From assembly GCA_963826115.1 (NCBI GenBank), contig CAWGVS010000012.1, forward strand, positions 256,001 through 320,000: DNA of 64,000 bases. Direction: 5' to 3'. This DNA is from an uncultured Candidatus Rokubacteria bacterium (lineage in GTDB: Bacteria; Methylomirabilota; Methylomirabilia; Rokubacteriales; DASRDR01). Of the stretch, positions 20,698 through 30,148 are shown piece after piece. A model generated the notes under the pieces. The model was not told the origin of the DNA, did not search any database, and was given only the letters and a program-made list of their open reading frames with translations. How positions within the stretch are numbered: position 1 is the first letter of the stretch; each line of letters opens with the position of its first letter. Made by a program: the position numbers and the translations under genes.

Positions 20698-21987
20698 CTA
20701 CTTCTTCTTGTCCTTGGCCACGTCGTCCGGCTTGTCCAGGCTGTCGGAGCCCTCGAACTTGATCGCCTTCAGCTTCAGCGCCGCGACGACCCGCTCGAAC
20801 GTCTTCGTCTGGTCCACCAGCCCGTCGATGACCGCCTGGACGACGGCGTTCCCCTCGGGGTTGTTGGGGCCGATCATCTGATCGTACCGCTCCTTCGTCT
20901 CGGCCCGCTCCTTCAGCCGCCGCACGGCGGCCAGCGTCGTCTCGAGCTTCGTCGCCATCTCGCGCTGGAGGTCCGGCGCCACCTCGCCGAGCAGCGCCGC
21001 GAGCGACGGGCCCTGGACCACGCGGCCGTCGACCCGCACGTAGCGGCCGTTGTAGACGTTCGACATGCCGACGATGTCGTAGTAGTGCGAGTTGTGCGTG
21101 TTGTCCGAGAAGCAGTCGTGCTCCTCCTCGGGGTCGTGGAGGAGGAGACCGAGCTTCATCCGCTCGCCCGCCAGCTCTCCGTACGACAGGCTCCCGAGGC
21201 CGGTCAGGATCGCGGCGAGCCCGGTATCCGGCCGACCCTTGGTGAGCTCCTTCCGCGCCTGTCCGCCCGGGGCAAACTGCCGCGCGATCCAGGCCAGGTC
21301 CTCGACGAGCAGCTCGGAGGCGGCCGTGAGGTACTGGGCGCGCCGGTCGCAGTTGCCGTGCGTGCAGCTCGTCCGGCTGTAGTCGGTCCACGGCCGGTTG
21401 CCCGCGCCCGGCCCTGTCCCGTTGAGGTCCTGTCCCCAGAGGAGGAACTCGATCGCGTGGTAGCCGGTGGCCACGTTCGCCTCGACGCCGCCGATCTCGT
21501 GCAGCTCGTGCAGGACCTTCTTGGTGATCGTGGACGCGTCCAGGCTCTTCGCGCCGACCTTGAGGCGCTTGTTCGCGATCACGTTGGCGGTGTAGTAGGG
21601 GTTCGAGTCCGACGCGTTGCCGTACTGCCCCTCGACGTAGTCGATCAGCCCCTCGTCCAGCGGCCAGGCGTTGACCTTCCCCTCCCACTCGTCCACGACG
21701 CTGTTCCCGAAGCGGAACACCTCGGACTGCATGTAGGGCTCGCGCGCCGCGATCCACGCCTCGCGCGCGGCCTGGAGGGTGGCCTCGCTGGGGTTGTCCA
21801 CCAGCGCCTTCGTCGCCTTCTGGAGCCGGCGGGCGCGCGCGAGGGCGTCCTCGTAAATCGCCTGCCCGATGTCCGCGTACGTCTTCACGACATCGGCGCG
21901 GTCGGTCTGCGCGACACCCGGCGGCGGCGCGCTCAGGACGAACGTCGCCGCGAATCCCGCGACGAGGGCGGCTCGTACGAATCTCAT
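20698..21987 (-). CDS. Imelysin family iron-regulated protein (ICMP-like, HxxE)
   Basis: VNAWPLDEGLIDYV, TGYHAIEFLLWGQD, YGELAGERM, EHDCFSDNTH; GGAGGAG SD. Confidence 0.9.
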   Translation of the reverse strand: MRFVRAALVAGFAATFVLSAPPPGVAQTDRADVVKTYADIGQAIYEDALARARRLQKATKALVDNPSEATLQAAREAWIAAREPYMQSEVFRFGNSVVDEWEGKVNAWPLDEGLIDYVEGQYGNASDSNPYYTANVIANKRLKVGAKSLDASTITKKVLHELHEIGGVEANVATGYHAIEFLLWGQDLNGTGPGAGNRPWTDYSRTSCTHGNCDRRAQYLTAASELLVEDLAWIARQFAPGGQARKELTKGRPDTGLAAILTGLGSLSYGELAGERMKLGLLLHDPEEEHDCFSDNTHNSHYYDIVGMSNVYNGRYVRVDGRVVQGPSLAALLGEVAPDLQREMATKLETTLAAVRRLKERAETKERYDQMIGPNNPEGNAVVQAVIDGLVDQTKTFERVVAALKLKAIKFEGSDSLDKPDDVAKDKKK

Positions 21988-22016
21988 GACACTCCTCCCC
22001 GCGTCCCGGCGGGCGC

Positions 22017-23432
22017 TCACTTGTAGGTCACCGACACCTTGCCGAACAGCTCGTGCTGGTCCGACGCGGCGGTCTGCCGGGCCGCGCCCCCGCGCTCGAG
22101 ATCGCTGTACCGGTACTCGCCGGACAGGCCGACGCTGATGTCACCCTTCTCGTAGATGATCCAGCCCGCGCCGAGGCTGATCCGGTTGCGGACCGACCAC
22201 ACCCCGGTCGTGCTCGCCAGGCCGTCGTCCCAGAAGTGGGTGTAGCGCAGGCCGAGCTCCACCTTCTCGATCGGCCGGTAGTAGAGCCCGAAGCTCACCT
22301 GCTTCTCCTTGAAGCTCCGGCCGAGCCGCACGGGCGTCGTGGTCGACTCCCCGGTGGCGGGATCGGTGGCGCTGATCTGCTGGACGTAGTCCTCGCGGGA
22401 GAGCGCCATGTAGAACTCCGCCTCGGCGGTCAGCGGTCCCCAGGTGTAGCCGCCCCAGAGACCCGCGGTCTGGTTCCGCCGGCCCGCGCCCGGCTCGCTC
22501 GAGATCCCGCCCCCGACCGTGAGGTCCGGCAGCGGCGTGACGTTCACCGCTCCGATGAACGACTGGATGTTGTCGGACGCGTCGGCCAGCCCGACCGAGC
22601 TCGCGCGGACGATGGTCACGTTGTCGAAGAGCGTGGACCCGAAGAAGTGATCCATCAGCTCTTCCTGCCGATAGGCGGTGAAGGAGGCGTCCAGGCCCCA
22701 CAGCGCCTTGTTCTTGTAGCCGAGAGTCACCCCGACCTGGTTCGCCTCGTAGGCGTCCTTGGACGGCGTGTCCGTGACGAGGTGCTCATAGAAGGCGCCG
22801 AAGGGCTGCGTCCGCTTGCCGATCACGAAGTAGAGGGGGAATCCGTCCTCCTGCTCGAACGTGATCGTCGCCTCGTCGACCACCACCGCGCTGTCGGCCT
22901 CGGCGCCGCCGTCCGTGGTGTCCGACCCGAAGTACTCGCTCTTGAGCACCAGCTTGCCGGTGATGTAGTCGGTGGGCTTGAACTCGAAGTCGACCTCGGC
23001 GTCGCGGAGGAAGATGTCGGAGGTCGAGCCGCTGTTGCGGTCGCCGAGATTGCCGTAGCGCCGCCAGCGCACCTCGCCCTCCAGGGTCACCGAGATCGAG
23101 ATCGCCGCCTCGTCCTTCTCGGCCATCTCGGTCAGGATCTCGTTGCGCACCTGGCCGACGGCCTCGTTGAGCTGCGCCTCGGTCACGGGGGCCTGACCGG
23201 GAGCCGGCGCCGCCGAGGCCGGTGCGGGCGCGGGGACCGGCGACGCGGGAGCCGCCGCCTTCTGCGCGGCCTCCTCGGCGGCCATCTCGCGCTTCAGGGC
23301 GTCGACATCCTCCTGGGTGAGGATGCCCTTCCGGATCAGGAGCTTCAGCAGGGCGTCGTCCGACCCGGCCTGGGCCGGCGTCACGCCGAGGAGTCCCACC
23401 ATGAGCACCGCCAAGAGCCCGACCCTGCGCAT
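22017..23432 (-). CDS. Outer-membrane porin, LbtU-like (putative iron/siderophore porin)
   Basis: Signal peptide; LL..L..KGILT.E N-terminal motif; amphipathic beta strands; VDEATI, GKRTQPFG; terminal aromatic residue; GGAGGT SD. Confidence 0.6.
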   Translation of the reverse strand: MRRVGLLAVLMVGLLGVTPAQAGSDDALLKLLIRKGILTQEDVDALKREMAAEEAAQKAAAPASPVPAPAPASAAPAPGQAPVTEAQLNEAVGQVRNEILTEMAEKDEAAISISVTLEGEVRWRRYGNLGDRNSGSTSDIFLRDAEVDFEFKPTDYITGKLVLKSEYFGSDTTDGGAEADSAVVVDEATITFEQEDGFPLYFVIGKRTQPFGAFYEHLVTDTPSKDAYEANQVGVTLGYKNKALWGLDASFTAYRQEELMDHFFGSTLFDNVTIVRASSVGLADASDNIQSFIGAVNVTPLPDLTVGGGISSEPGAGRRNQTAGLWGGYTWGPLTAEAEFYMALSREDYVQQISATDPATGESTTTPVRLGRSFKEKQVSFGLYYRPIEKVELGLRYTHFWDDGLASTTGVWSVRNRISLGAGWIIYEKGDISVGLSGEYRYSDLERGGAARQTAASDQHELFGKVSVTYK

Positions 23433-23522
23433 CTCGACCTCCCGGTCCGGTCAGGACCGTCGTTCAGGCGCGGGGCGTGGGGCCGCTGGCCGCTGGGACA
23501 CCGCTTCGCGTCGCGAACCGCG

Positions 23523-23753
23523 TCAGCCCGTGCGGGGGCCGCACACCTCGCAGGTCGAGAGCCCCGCCACCGGCAGGACGACCACCCGCTTGCAACGCCG
23601 ACACTTCAGCTCCACCCCGCCCGGCCGGAGCCGCGCCAGGAGACTCCCGCAGCCGCACCGGCAATCGCGCGCGGGATCCGTCACCGAGGGCTCCAGCCGG
23701 ACGTCGGGCGCGCGATCCGGCACGCGACCGGACGGCGCGGGGCGGGAGGTCAT
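23523..23753 (-). CDS. Small zinc-ribbon protein, Mu Com-like
   Basis: RCGCGSLLA...VELKCRRCK pattern plus an extra CEVC; lies between the promoter and the porin gene; AGAGGAG upstream. Confidence 0.6.
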   Translation of the reverse strand: MTSRPAPSGRVPDRAPDVRLEPSVTDPARDCRCGCGSLLARLRPGGVELKCRRCKRVVVLPVAGLSTCEVCGPRTG

Positions 23754-23809
23754 CCGGAACTCTTCTCCTCTTCGTCGGGAACCGGCCCTTGCGTCGGGCC
23801 AACCAGAGC

Positions 23810-23841
23810 GTTAAGTATCCTTAACTCAATCGCCCTGTCAA
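23810..23841 (-). promoter_or_regulatory. Promoter of the iron-uptake operon with an overlapping palindromic operator
   Basis: TTGACA (23841-23836)-N16-GATACT; inverted repeat GTTAAG-N4-CTTAAC at 23810-23825 in an AT-rich patch. Confidence 0.6.
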
Positions 23842-23996
23842 CCCTAATTCGTGGACGTCGCCCGCCGCGCCGCCGGGCGCCCGGGGGCCGACCCGCCTGG
23901 CCAGTGCACCGCCCGGCGTGGGGACGGGCTCTCGATCGGAGTGGCCTATACTCGGGCCCGGACTCGCGCCCGGATGACGGGCGCCCTGGAGGCGTG

Positions 23997-24887
23997 ATGG
24001 CGAGCGACCCCGGCCCGGGCCTGGTGGTGGGCACCGGCGACTTCGTCTACGACGTGGTGCGACCCTGGGGCGCGCTGCCCCCCGGCTGGACCCTGGGGCT
24101 CGTCAGCCACGTCGCCGTGGACTCGCGGGATCGCGTGTACTTCTACCAGCGCAAGGACCCGCCGGTCCTCATCTTCGACGAGGCCGGCCACTTCCTCGAC
24201 GGCTGGGGCAGCCAGCGGCTCCGCGACGCACACGGGATCTTCATCGGTCCCGACGACCACGTCTACCTCTGCAACCGGGACGAGCACGAGGTGCTGAAGC
24301 TCACGCGCGAGGGACGTGTCGTGCTGACCTTGGGTCACCGGGGCCGACCCGCCCTCCAGGCGCCGTTCAATCACCCCGCCGACGTTGCCGTATCCCCCGA
24401 CGGCGAGATCTACGTGGCGGACGGGTACGGGAACTCGTCGGTGCACCGGTTCTCGGCCGACGGTCGGCACCTCGGCTCGTGGGGCGCGCCCGGAGCGGAG
24501 CGCGGACAGTTCACGACTCCGCACGGCATCTGGGTCGACCGCCCGGACCGCGTGCTGGTCGCCGACCGGGAGAACAACCGGGTCCAGCTCTTCAGCCCCG
24601 AGGGCGATTACTACGACGAGTGGCGAGACCTCTACCATCCGATGGACATCTACGTCGACGCCGCCGGCATCGTGTACGTGACCGACCAGATCCCGCGCAT
24701 CAGCATGTACGCGCCGGACGGCCGGCTCCTGGCGCGGGGGCGCCCGGTGAACGTGGGCGCCCACGGCGTGTGGGGCGACTCGCGCGGGAACCTCTACCTC
24801 GCCGAGGTCGGCGTGAACCAGGTGACCAAGCTCGTCCGGCGACACCCCGTCGCCCCCGAGCCCCCACCCGGGCCGGCCCGTCCATGA
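23997..24887 (+). CDS. NHL-repeat protein (peptidyl-alpha-hydroxyglycine lyase-like)
   Basis: VAVDSRDRVY, AHGI, FNHPADVAV, YVADGYGN, PHGI.VD, VADRENNRVQ. Confidence 0.85.
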   Translation: MASDPGPGLVVGTGDFVYDVVRPWGALPPGWTLGLVSHVAVDSRDRVYFYQRKDPPVLIFDEAGHFLDGWGSQRLRDAHGIFIGPDDHVYLCNRDEHEVLKLTREGRVVLTLGHRGRPALQAPFNHPADVAVSPDGEIYVADGYGNSSVHRFSADGRHLGSWGAPGAERGQFTTPHGIWVDRPDRVLVADRENNRVQLFSPEGDYYDEWRDLYHPMDIYVDAAGIVYVTDQIPRISMYAPDGRLLARGRPVNVGAHGVWGDSRGNLYLAEVGVNQVTKLVRRHPVAPEPPPGPARP

Positions 24888-25798
24888 GGCTCGCCGTCAT
24901 GGGCGCCGGCGCCGTCGGCGGCTACATCGGCGCGCGGATGGCCGCCGCCGGGGCGGAGGTGTCGCTCCTGGCGCGCGGGGCGCATCTCGCGGCGATCCGC
25001 GCGCACGGGCTCGCGGTCGAGAGCCCTCTCGGCGACACGCGGCTCGTGCCGGCCGCCGCCACGGACGACCCGGCGACGGTGGGGCCGGTGGACGTCGTCC
25101 TGCTGGCGACCAAGCTCTACGACGTGGAGGCGGCGGCCAGCGCGATCGGGCCGCTCGTGGGCCACGACACCGCCATCGTGTGCCTGCAGAACGGCGTCGA
25201 CGCCATGGACATCGTGGCCCGTCGCCACGGTCGCGCGCGCGTCGTGGGGGGCGTGGTCATGATCAACGGCGAGATCGTGGCGCCGGGCGTCATCCGTCAC
25301 CACGCGCTGAACCGCCTCACCCTGGGCGAGCTCGAGTGGCGCGAGGGGCGCCTCGCCCGCCTCGTGGCCCTCGGCAACCGCGCCGGGATCGAGACCGTCC
25401 CGAGCGACGACATCCGCCTCGACATCTGGCGCAAGTTTCTCGTCCTCGCGCCGATGGCGGCGCTGAGCGCCATGACCCGCGCGCCGCTCGGTGCGATCCG
25501 CGCGCACGCAGCGACGTGGCGGCTGGCCGAGCTCGGCATGCGGGAGGTGGTCGCGGTGGCGAACGCCCAGGGCGTCGCGCTCACCGAGGAGGACGTCCGG
25601 CGCACGCTCGCGTTCGTGCAGGGCATGCCCGACACCTGGCGGGCGTCCCTGGCTGCGGACCTCGCGCACGGGCGGCGCCTGGAGGTCGACTGGCTGGCGG
25701 GCGCCGTCGCACGGCTCGGCGACGCCGCGGGGATCGCCACTCCGTTCCACCGCGTCGCGCTCGGCGTGCTCGCGCCGCACGCCGCCGGCGCCCCCTGA
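24884..25798 (+). CDS. panE: 2-dehydropantoate 2-reductase (ApbA/PanE family)
   Basis: GAGAVGG, ARG.HL, LQNG, W.K, S...D...GRRLE; ATGA overlap with the upstream gene. Confidence 0.85.
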   Translation: MRLAVMGAGAVGGYIGARMAAAGAEVSLLARGAHLAAIRAHGLAVESPLGDTRLVPAAATDDPATVGPVDVVLLATKLYDVEAAASAIGPLVGHDTAIVCLQNGVDAMDIVARRHGRARVVGGVVMINGEIVAPGVIRHHALNRLTLGELEWREGRLARLVALGNRAGIETVPSDDIRLDIWRKFLVLAPMAALSAMTRAPLGAIRAHAATWRLAELGMREVVAVANAQGVALTEEDVRRTLAFVQGMPDTWRASLAADLAHGRRLEVDWLAGAVARLGDAAGIATPFHRVALGVLAPHAAGAP

Positions 25799-25816
25799 GA
25801 GCCGGAAGGAGCCCCG

Positions 25817-26065
25817 ATGGACTTCGTGGAGGAGCGGGATTTCACCGTGAGGCTGGATCTCCGTTGCACGTTCGCCGACGGCTACGAGGGGGAGCTGGAC
25901 GGCTACGCGTGGCTGCGCGAGTTCCACGACCGCATCGCCCCGCGCCTGGTGGAGGCGGCGGTCCGCGCGATCCGCGCGCACCCCGGCTGGACGGTGCGCC
26001 CCGGTAACCGGGGCCGTGCGCTGGAGGACGAGGTGACGCTGATCGTGGAGCGGGCAGTCGACTGA
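25817..26065 (+). CDS. Conserved-looking hypothetical protein (82 aa)
   Basis: AAGGAG SD, typical codon usage, same strand as the operon. Confidence 0.7.
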   Translation: MDFVEERDFTVRLDLRCTFADGYEGELDGYAWLREFHDRIAPRLVEAAVRAIRAHPGWTVRPGNRGRALEDEVTLIVERAVD

Positions 26066-26083
26066 CAGGCGTCACGCCGCAGC

Positions 26084-26111
26084 CGGCCGGGCTCCGTCCG
26101 GAGCCCGGCCG
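26084..26111. terminator. GC hairpin between convergent genes
   Basis: Perfect 12-bp IR CGGCCGGGCTCC/GGAGCCCGGCCG with 4-nt loop; no clear U-tract. Confidence 0.5.
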
Positions 26112-26137
26112 ACCGAGACGTAACGCGTGTGAGGCGC

Positions 26138-26740
26138 TTACTTCTTCTTCGCGGGAGCGGGCGCCTTCGGGGTGGCCGCCGCCGGCATGGCCGCCGCGAG
26201 ATCCTTCGACCACTTCTCGATCGACGCGAGCACGCTCGCCAGCTTCTCCTTGGCCTCGGCCGGCGAGTTCGCCAGCGTGGTCTTCGCCGCCGCGAGCGAT
26301 TCCTTGGCGGCCTTCTCGTCGGCCTCCCAGGCCTTCTTCACGTCCGGCTTCATCTTCTTGGCGGCAGCGTGGGCCTGCTTGTCGAGCCCCGCCCACGCGG
26401 CCTCGGCCGCGGCGATCCCCTTCTCCACCTCGGCCTGCATCGCCGTCTTGCCCGACACGGCAGCCTTGGCCGCGTCGTCGGCGAGGCCCTTGGTGCGCTC
26501 GTACGCCGCCTTGGCCTCTTTGTATTTCTTCTCGCCCATCAGGCTCTCTGCCTGCTTCTGGACGTCGGTCACGGCCTTGTAGGCGGGACCGGCGTACTTG
26601 TCGGCCTCGGCCGACTTCGCCGCGGCGACCGCCGAATCGGCGGCCTTCTTCTCGGCCTCCGGAGGCGAATCGCAGCCTGCCACCAGCAACGCGACACCCG
26701 CGAGCACCGGCACTGCCCACCGCACGCTGAACCGCTTCAT
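26138..26740 (-). CDS. Ala/Lys-rich helical lipoprotein (DUF4398-like)
   Basis: Lipobox LVAG-C; A.A.KYA motif; AGGAGG-like SD. Confidence 0.7.
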   Translation of the reverse strand: MKRFSVRWAVPVLAGVALLVAGCDSPPEAEKKAADSAVAAAKSAEADKYAGPAYKAVTDVQKQAESLMGEKKYKEAKAAYERTKGLADDAAKAAVSGKTAMQAEVEKGIAAAEAAWAGLDKQAHAAAKKMKPDVKKAWEADEKAAKESLAAAKTTLANSPAEAKEKLASVLASIEKWSKDLAAAMPAAATPKAPAPAKKK

Positions 26741-26856
26741 TTCAGGAGCCCCTCCGTCCCTCGGACGACGTGATGTGTGTAGGATGGATCCAGACTTCCG
26801 ACCGGAAAGCATACGCCAAGTCCGCCCCCCGGTCGACCCGTGCTAGCATCCCCCCG

Positions 26857-27873
26857 ATGCCGCCCTCGAGCCGCCTGGACCGCCTCCGCGACACGGCCCG
26901 CCGGCAGCCCGTCGACCGGCCCCCGTACGCGTTCTGGCGGCGTTTCCCGACCGCCGACCGGTCGCCGGCCGGCCTGGCCCAGGCAACCCTCCGGTTCCAC
27001 GATCGCTACGGATCGGACTTCCTCGCGGTGGCGCCCCCGGCCGGGTACGCGGCCCAGGCCTGGGGGTGCGTGGAAGCCGAGGCGGCGGGGCCCGACGGGA
27101 GCCGCGCCTGCGCCCGGTGCGCCGTGGGCCGGCCCGAGGACTGGCGGCAGATCCGGCCGGTCGATCCCGCGGCGGCCCCGGGCTACGCGGACGTGGTCGA
27201 GACGCTCGTGCGCGTGGGATTCGACCGCCGGATCGGTGACGCGCCCGTCCTCGTGGTCCTGCCCGCCCCGTCCGCCGTCGCGGCCCGCCTGGGCGGTGGC
27301 CGGCTCGGGTTCCATCTCCGCGAGTGGCCGGGCGCCGTGGGCGACGCCCTCCAGGCCATCGCCGAGACGCAGATCCGCTTCGCCGAGCTCTGCCTCGGCG
27401 AAGGCCTCGCGGGGGTGCTCTACGCCGTGGACGCGCCGGACGAGCCCGCGCTCGGCGCCGGGGCTTACGCCGAGCTCCTCGAGCCGCACGACCGCACGGT
27501 CCTGTCGGCCCTCGACGGCCGCGCCACCCTCCGCGTGGTGCAGGCGGCCGGCCCGGTCCCGTTCGCGCGCGTGGCGACCTGGCCCGCCGACGCGGTCGCG
27601 TGGGTCCCCGGTCCCGGCCAGCCGGCCCTGGCCGACGGTCACGCGCGCCTCCGGACGGCCGCGCTGGGGGGGCTCGATGCCCGCGCGCTCCGAGACGAGC
27701 CGCCGTCGCGCGCGGTCGACGCCGCCCGGGCCGCGCTCGCGAGCGTCGGCGAGCAGGGGCTGGTCGTGGGGACGCCCGGACCCATCTGGCCCGATACGCC
27801 GGACGAGGTGCTCGTCGCCGTCATCCGCGCGCTAGGAGGCTCCCCCCGGCCAATCCTCGGCCTCGCCCGCTGA
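26857..27873 (+). CDS. Uroporphyrinogen decarboxylase/MtaA-CmuA superfamily protein (divergent)
   Basis: DRPP..FW..F N-terminus, GG.D, C-terminal PG......TP.E TIM-barrel pattern. Confidence 0.65.
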   Translation: MPPSSRLDRLRDTARRQPVDRPPYAFWRRFPTADRSPAGLAQATLRFHDRYGSDFLAVAPPAGYAAQAWGCVEAEAAGPDGSRACARCAVGRPEDWRQIRPVDPAAAPGYADVVETLVRVGFDRRIGDAPVLVVLPAPSAVAARLGGGRLGFHLREWPGAVGDALQAIAETQIRFAELCLGEGLAGVLYAVDAPDEPALGAGAYAELLEPHDRTVLSALDGRATLRVVQAAGPVPFARVATWPADAVAWVPGPGQPALADGHARLRTAALGGLDARALRDEPPSRAVDAARAALASVGEQGLVVGTPGPIWPDTPDEVLVAVIRALGGSPRPILGLAR

Positions 27874-28615
27874 CCGCCCGGGCGAGGAGCCGGTCGAGCC
27901 AGTCCGCGCGCTCCATGCGTCGCAGGACGCGCGCGACGTGCGCCTGGTACGCGCGGCTCGGCGAGCCCGGGTGCCACGCGCGCGGGTTCGGGAGGCTGGC
28001 GGCGAGCTGGGCCGCCTCGAGCGGACCGAGGTCCGCGGCGGCCTTCCCGAAGAACCGTCGCGCGGCCGCCTCGGCGCCGTAGATTCCCGGTCCGAACTCC
28101 ACGACGTTCAGGTAGAGATCGAGGATCCGGCGCTTCGAGAGCGCGCGCTCGAGCTGCCACGCGAGGATGGCCTCGCGCACCTTTCGGAGCGGGTTGCGTG
28201 AGGGCGTCAGCCAGAGGTTCTTCGCGAGCTGCTGGGTGATGGTCGACGCGCCGCGCGGGAGCTCCCGCCGCTCGACGGCCCGCTCGAGCGCATCCTCGAC
28301 CTCGTCGAGATCCACGCCGCCGTGGGCGAAGAACTTGATGTCCTCGGCCACGATCACCGCGCGTTTGAGGGGCAGCCCGATGGCGGCGTAGGGGGCCCAG
28401 GTCCACTGGACGCGGTCGTCGCGCCCCGCCGCCCGCTGCTCGGCCCGGTAGCGCTCGATGAACGCCGTGGTCCGCGGCGGCCGGGTGGCCAGGGGGGCGA
28501 CGCGCGGCCACGCCCACGCCTCGTAGGCGACCCACGCGCCGACGGCCAGGAACCCGAGGAGCGCCAGCCGGCGCCCGAGGCGACCCCGCCTCCCTCGTCG
28601 AGCCACGCGCGCCAC
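27821..28615 (-). CDS. mtgA: Monofunctional peptidoglycan transglycosylase
   Basis: AED.KF..H.GVD, RGASTITQQLAKNL, RK..E, K.RIL.LYLN..EFG. Confidence 0.9.
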   Translation of the reverse strand: MARVARRGRRGRLGRRLALLGFLAVGAWVAYEAWAWPRVAPLATRPPRTTAFIERYRAEQRAAGRDDRVQWTWAPYAAIGLPLKRAVIVAEDIKFFAHGGVDLDEVEDALERAVERRELPRGASTITQQLAKNLWLTPSRNPLRKVREAILAWQLERALSKRRILDLYLNVVEFGPGIYGAEAAARRFFGKAAADLGPLEAAQLAASLPNPRAWHPGSPSRAYQAHVARVLRRMERADWLDRLLARAVSGRGRGLAGGSLLARG

Positions 28616-28667
28616 GGCGTCCAGTCTAGCTCTTGCGCCCTCCGGGCCGAGCCGTCACCATGACCCG

Positions 28668-30143
28668 GTGAATCGCCGCGTTCTCGGCCAGGCGCGGCTC
28701 GCCTGGCTCGACCGATACATCATCCCGCGCGAGACGCCGGTCGCGCCAAGCCGCTGGCACCAGCACATCGTGCAGCGACGGGTCAGCCGCCTCGATCACC
28801 TCCGGCCCCACCGGCTCAACTGGGAGGCGCTCAAGCATCCCGAGGCCGCGCCGGCGGACGGGGACGACACCCTCACCCCGCGCCGGCTCGCGGGCATCCG
28901 GTGGTCCTGGCTCGACGGGCTCTTCACCACGGTCAGCGAAAACCTCTACCTCGGCTTCATCGTGCTCTACGCGCTCGCGTACGGGGCGAGCACGAGCCAG
29001 CTGGGGCTCCTGGCGGCGGTCCAGAACCTCCTCGGCGCGGTCTCCCTGTTCCCGGGGGCGCGCGCCGCCGACCGGGTGCGTCACCGGAAGCCGCTGGTGA
29101 CGTGGACGGTCGGCGGCTTCGCGCGCGTCGCCCTCCTCGCGCTCGCGCTCGTGCCGTGGCTCACCGACGTGCCCGGGCCGGCGATCTGGCTGATCATCGT
29201 CCTGAACGGCGTCCGCTCGTTCATGTCGAACTTCGGCAATCCTGCGTGGACCGTCCTGGTGGGCGACCTCGTGCCGCCGCGTCTTCGCGCTCTGTACTTC
29301 GGGAACCGGAATCTGATGATCATGCTGGCCGCGCTCCTGGTCGCGCCGCTCGCCGGCTGGCTCATCAAGGCCGGCAACGGATGGCTCGGTCACCCCTACC
29401 TCGGCTACCAGGCGGTCTTCACGCTCGCGTTCCTGACGGGCCTGGCCGGAACGGCCTGCTTCCTCCGCATCCCGGAACCGCACCGGGTGCTGCGGGCTCG
29501 AGTGGTCACCTCGGAGGGCGGTGGCCTCTGGCGAGAGCTCGCGCGTAACCGGGCGTTCGTCGGCCTGGTCGTGAGCGGATTCGTGTGGAACCTCGCGCTC
29601 CAGGTCGCCGCGCCCTTCTTCAACGTCTACCTGGTCCGCCACCTGGGCGCGGGCGTCGGCACCGTGGGCATGCTCGCGGGCGTGAACACCCTCTTCGGCC
29701 TGATCGGCAGCGGCCTCTTCGGGCGCGTGATGGACCGGCTCGGGGCGCTCAAGACGCAGGCCCTGAGCGGCCTCCTCATCCCGGTCATCCCCACCGCGTG
29801 GATCTGGGTCACCGCGCCCTGGCAGGTGGGCGTCCTGGAAGCCTACGCGGGCCTCGTGTGGGCCGGCTACAACCTGGCCAACTTCGCCCTCATCCTCGAG
29901 CTCACGCCGGCCGCCCACCGACCGCAGGCCGTCGCGCTCTACCAGACGGTCGTGTTCGCGAGCGCGGTGGTGGGGCCGCTCCTCGGTGGCTGGCTCGCCG
30001 ACACGTTCGGGTTCCACGTCATCTTCGCCGCGAGCGGCGCCGGCCGGCTGCTCGGGATCCTCCTCTACATCTGGCTCGCCGTCTGGCCGATCCTCGGCGC
30101 GCGCGGCGCGCGGCCGGCGGCGGCGCCGGCCGGGGGCGGGTAG
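28668..30143 (+). CDS. MFS transporter
   Basis: About 12 hydrophobic helices; GRVMDRLG motif A; start codon uncertain. Confidence 0.8.
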   Translation: MNRRVLGQARLAWLDRYIIPRETPVAPSRWHQHIVQRRVSRLDHLRPHRLNWEALKHPEAAPADGDDTLTPRRLAGIRWSWLDGLFTTVSENLYLGFIVLYALAYGASTSQLGLLAAVQNLLGAVSLFPGARAADRVRHRKPLVTWTVGGFARVALLALALVPWLTDVPGPAIWLIIVLNGVRSFMSNFGNPAWTVLVGDLVPPRLRALYFGNRNLMIMLAALLVAPLAGWLIKAGNGWLGHPYLGYQAVFTLAFLTGLAGTACFLRIPEPHRVLRARVVTSEGGGLWRELARNRAFVGLVVSGFVWNLALQVAAPFFNVYLVRHLGAGVGTVGMLAGVNTLFGLIGSGLFGRVMDRLGALKTQALSGLLIPVIPTAWIWVTAPWQVGVLEAYAGLVWAGYNLANFALILELTPAAHRPQAVALYQTVVFASAVVGPLLGGWLADTFGFHVIFAASGAGRLLGILLYIWLAVWPILGARGARPAAAPAGGG

Positions 30144-30148
30144 GCGCG

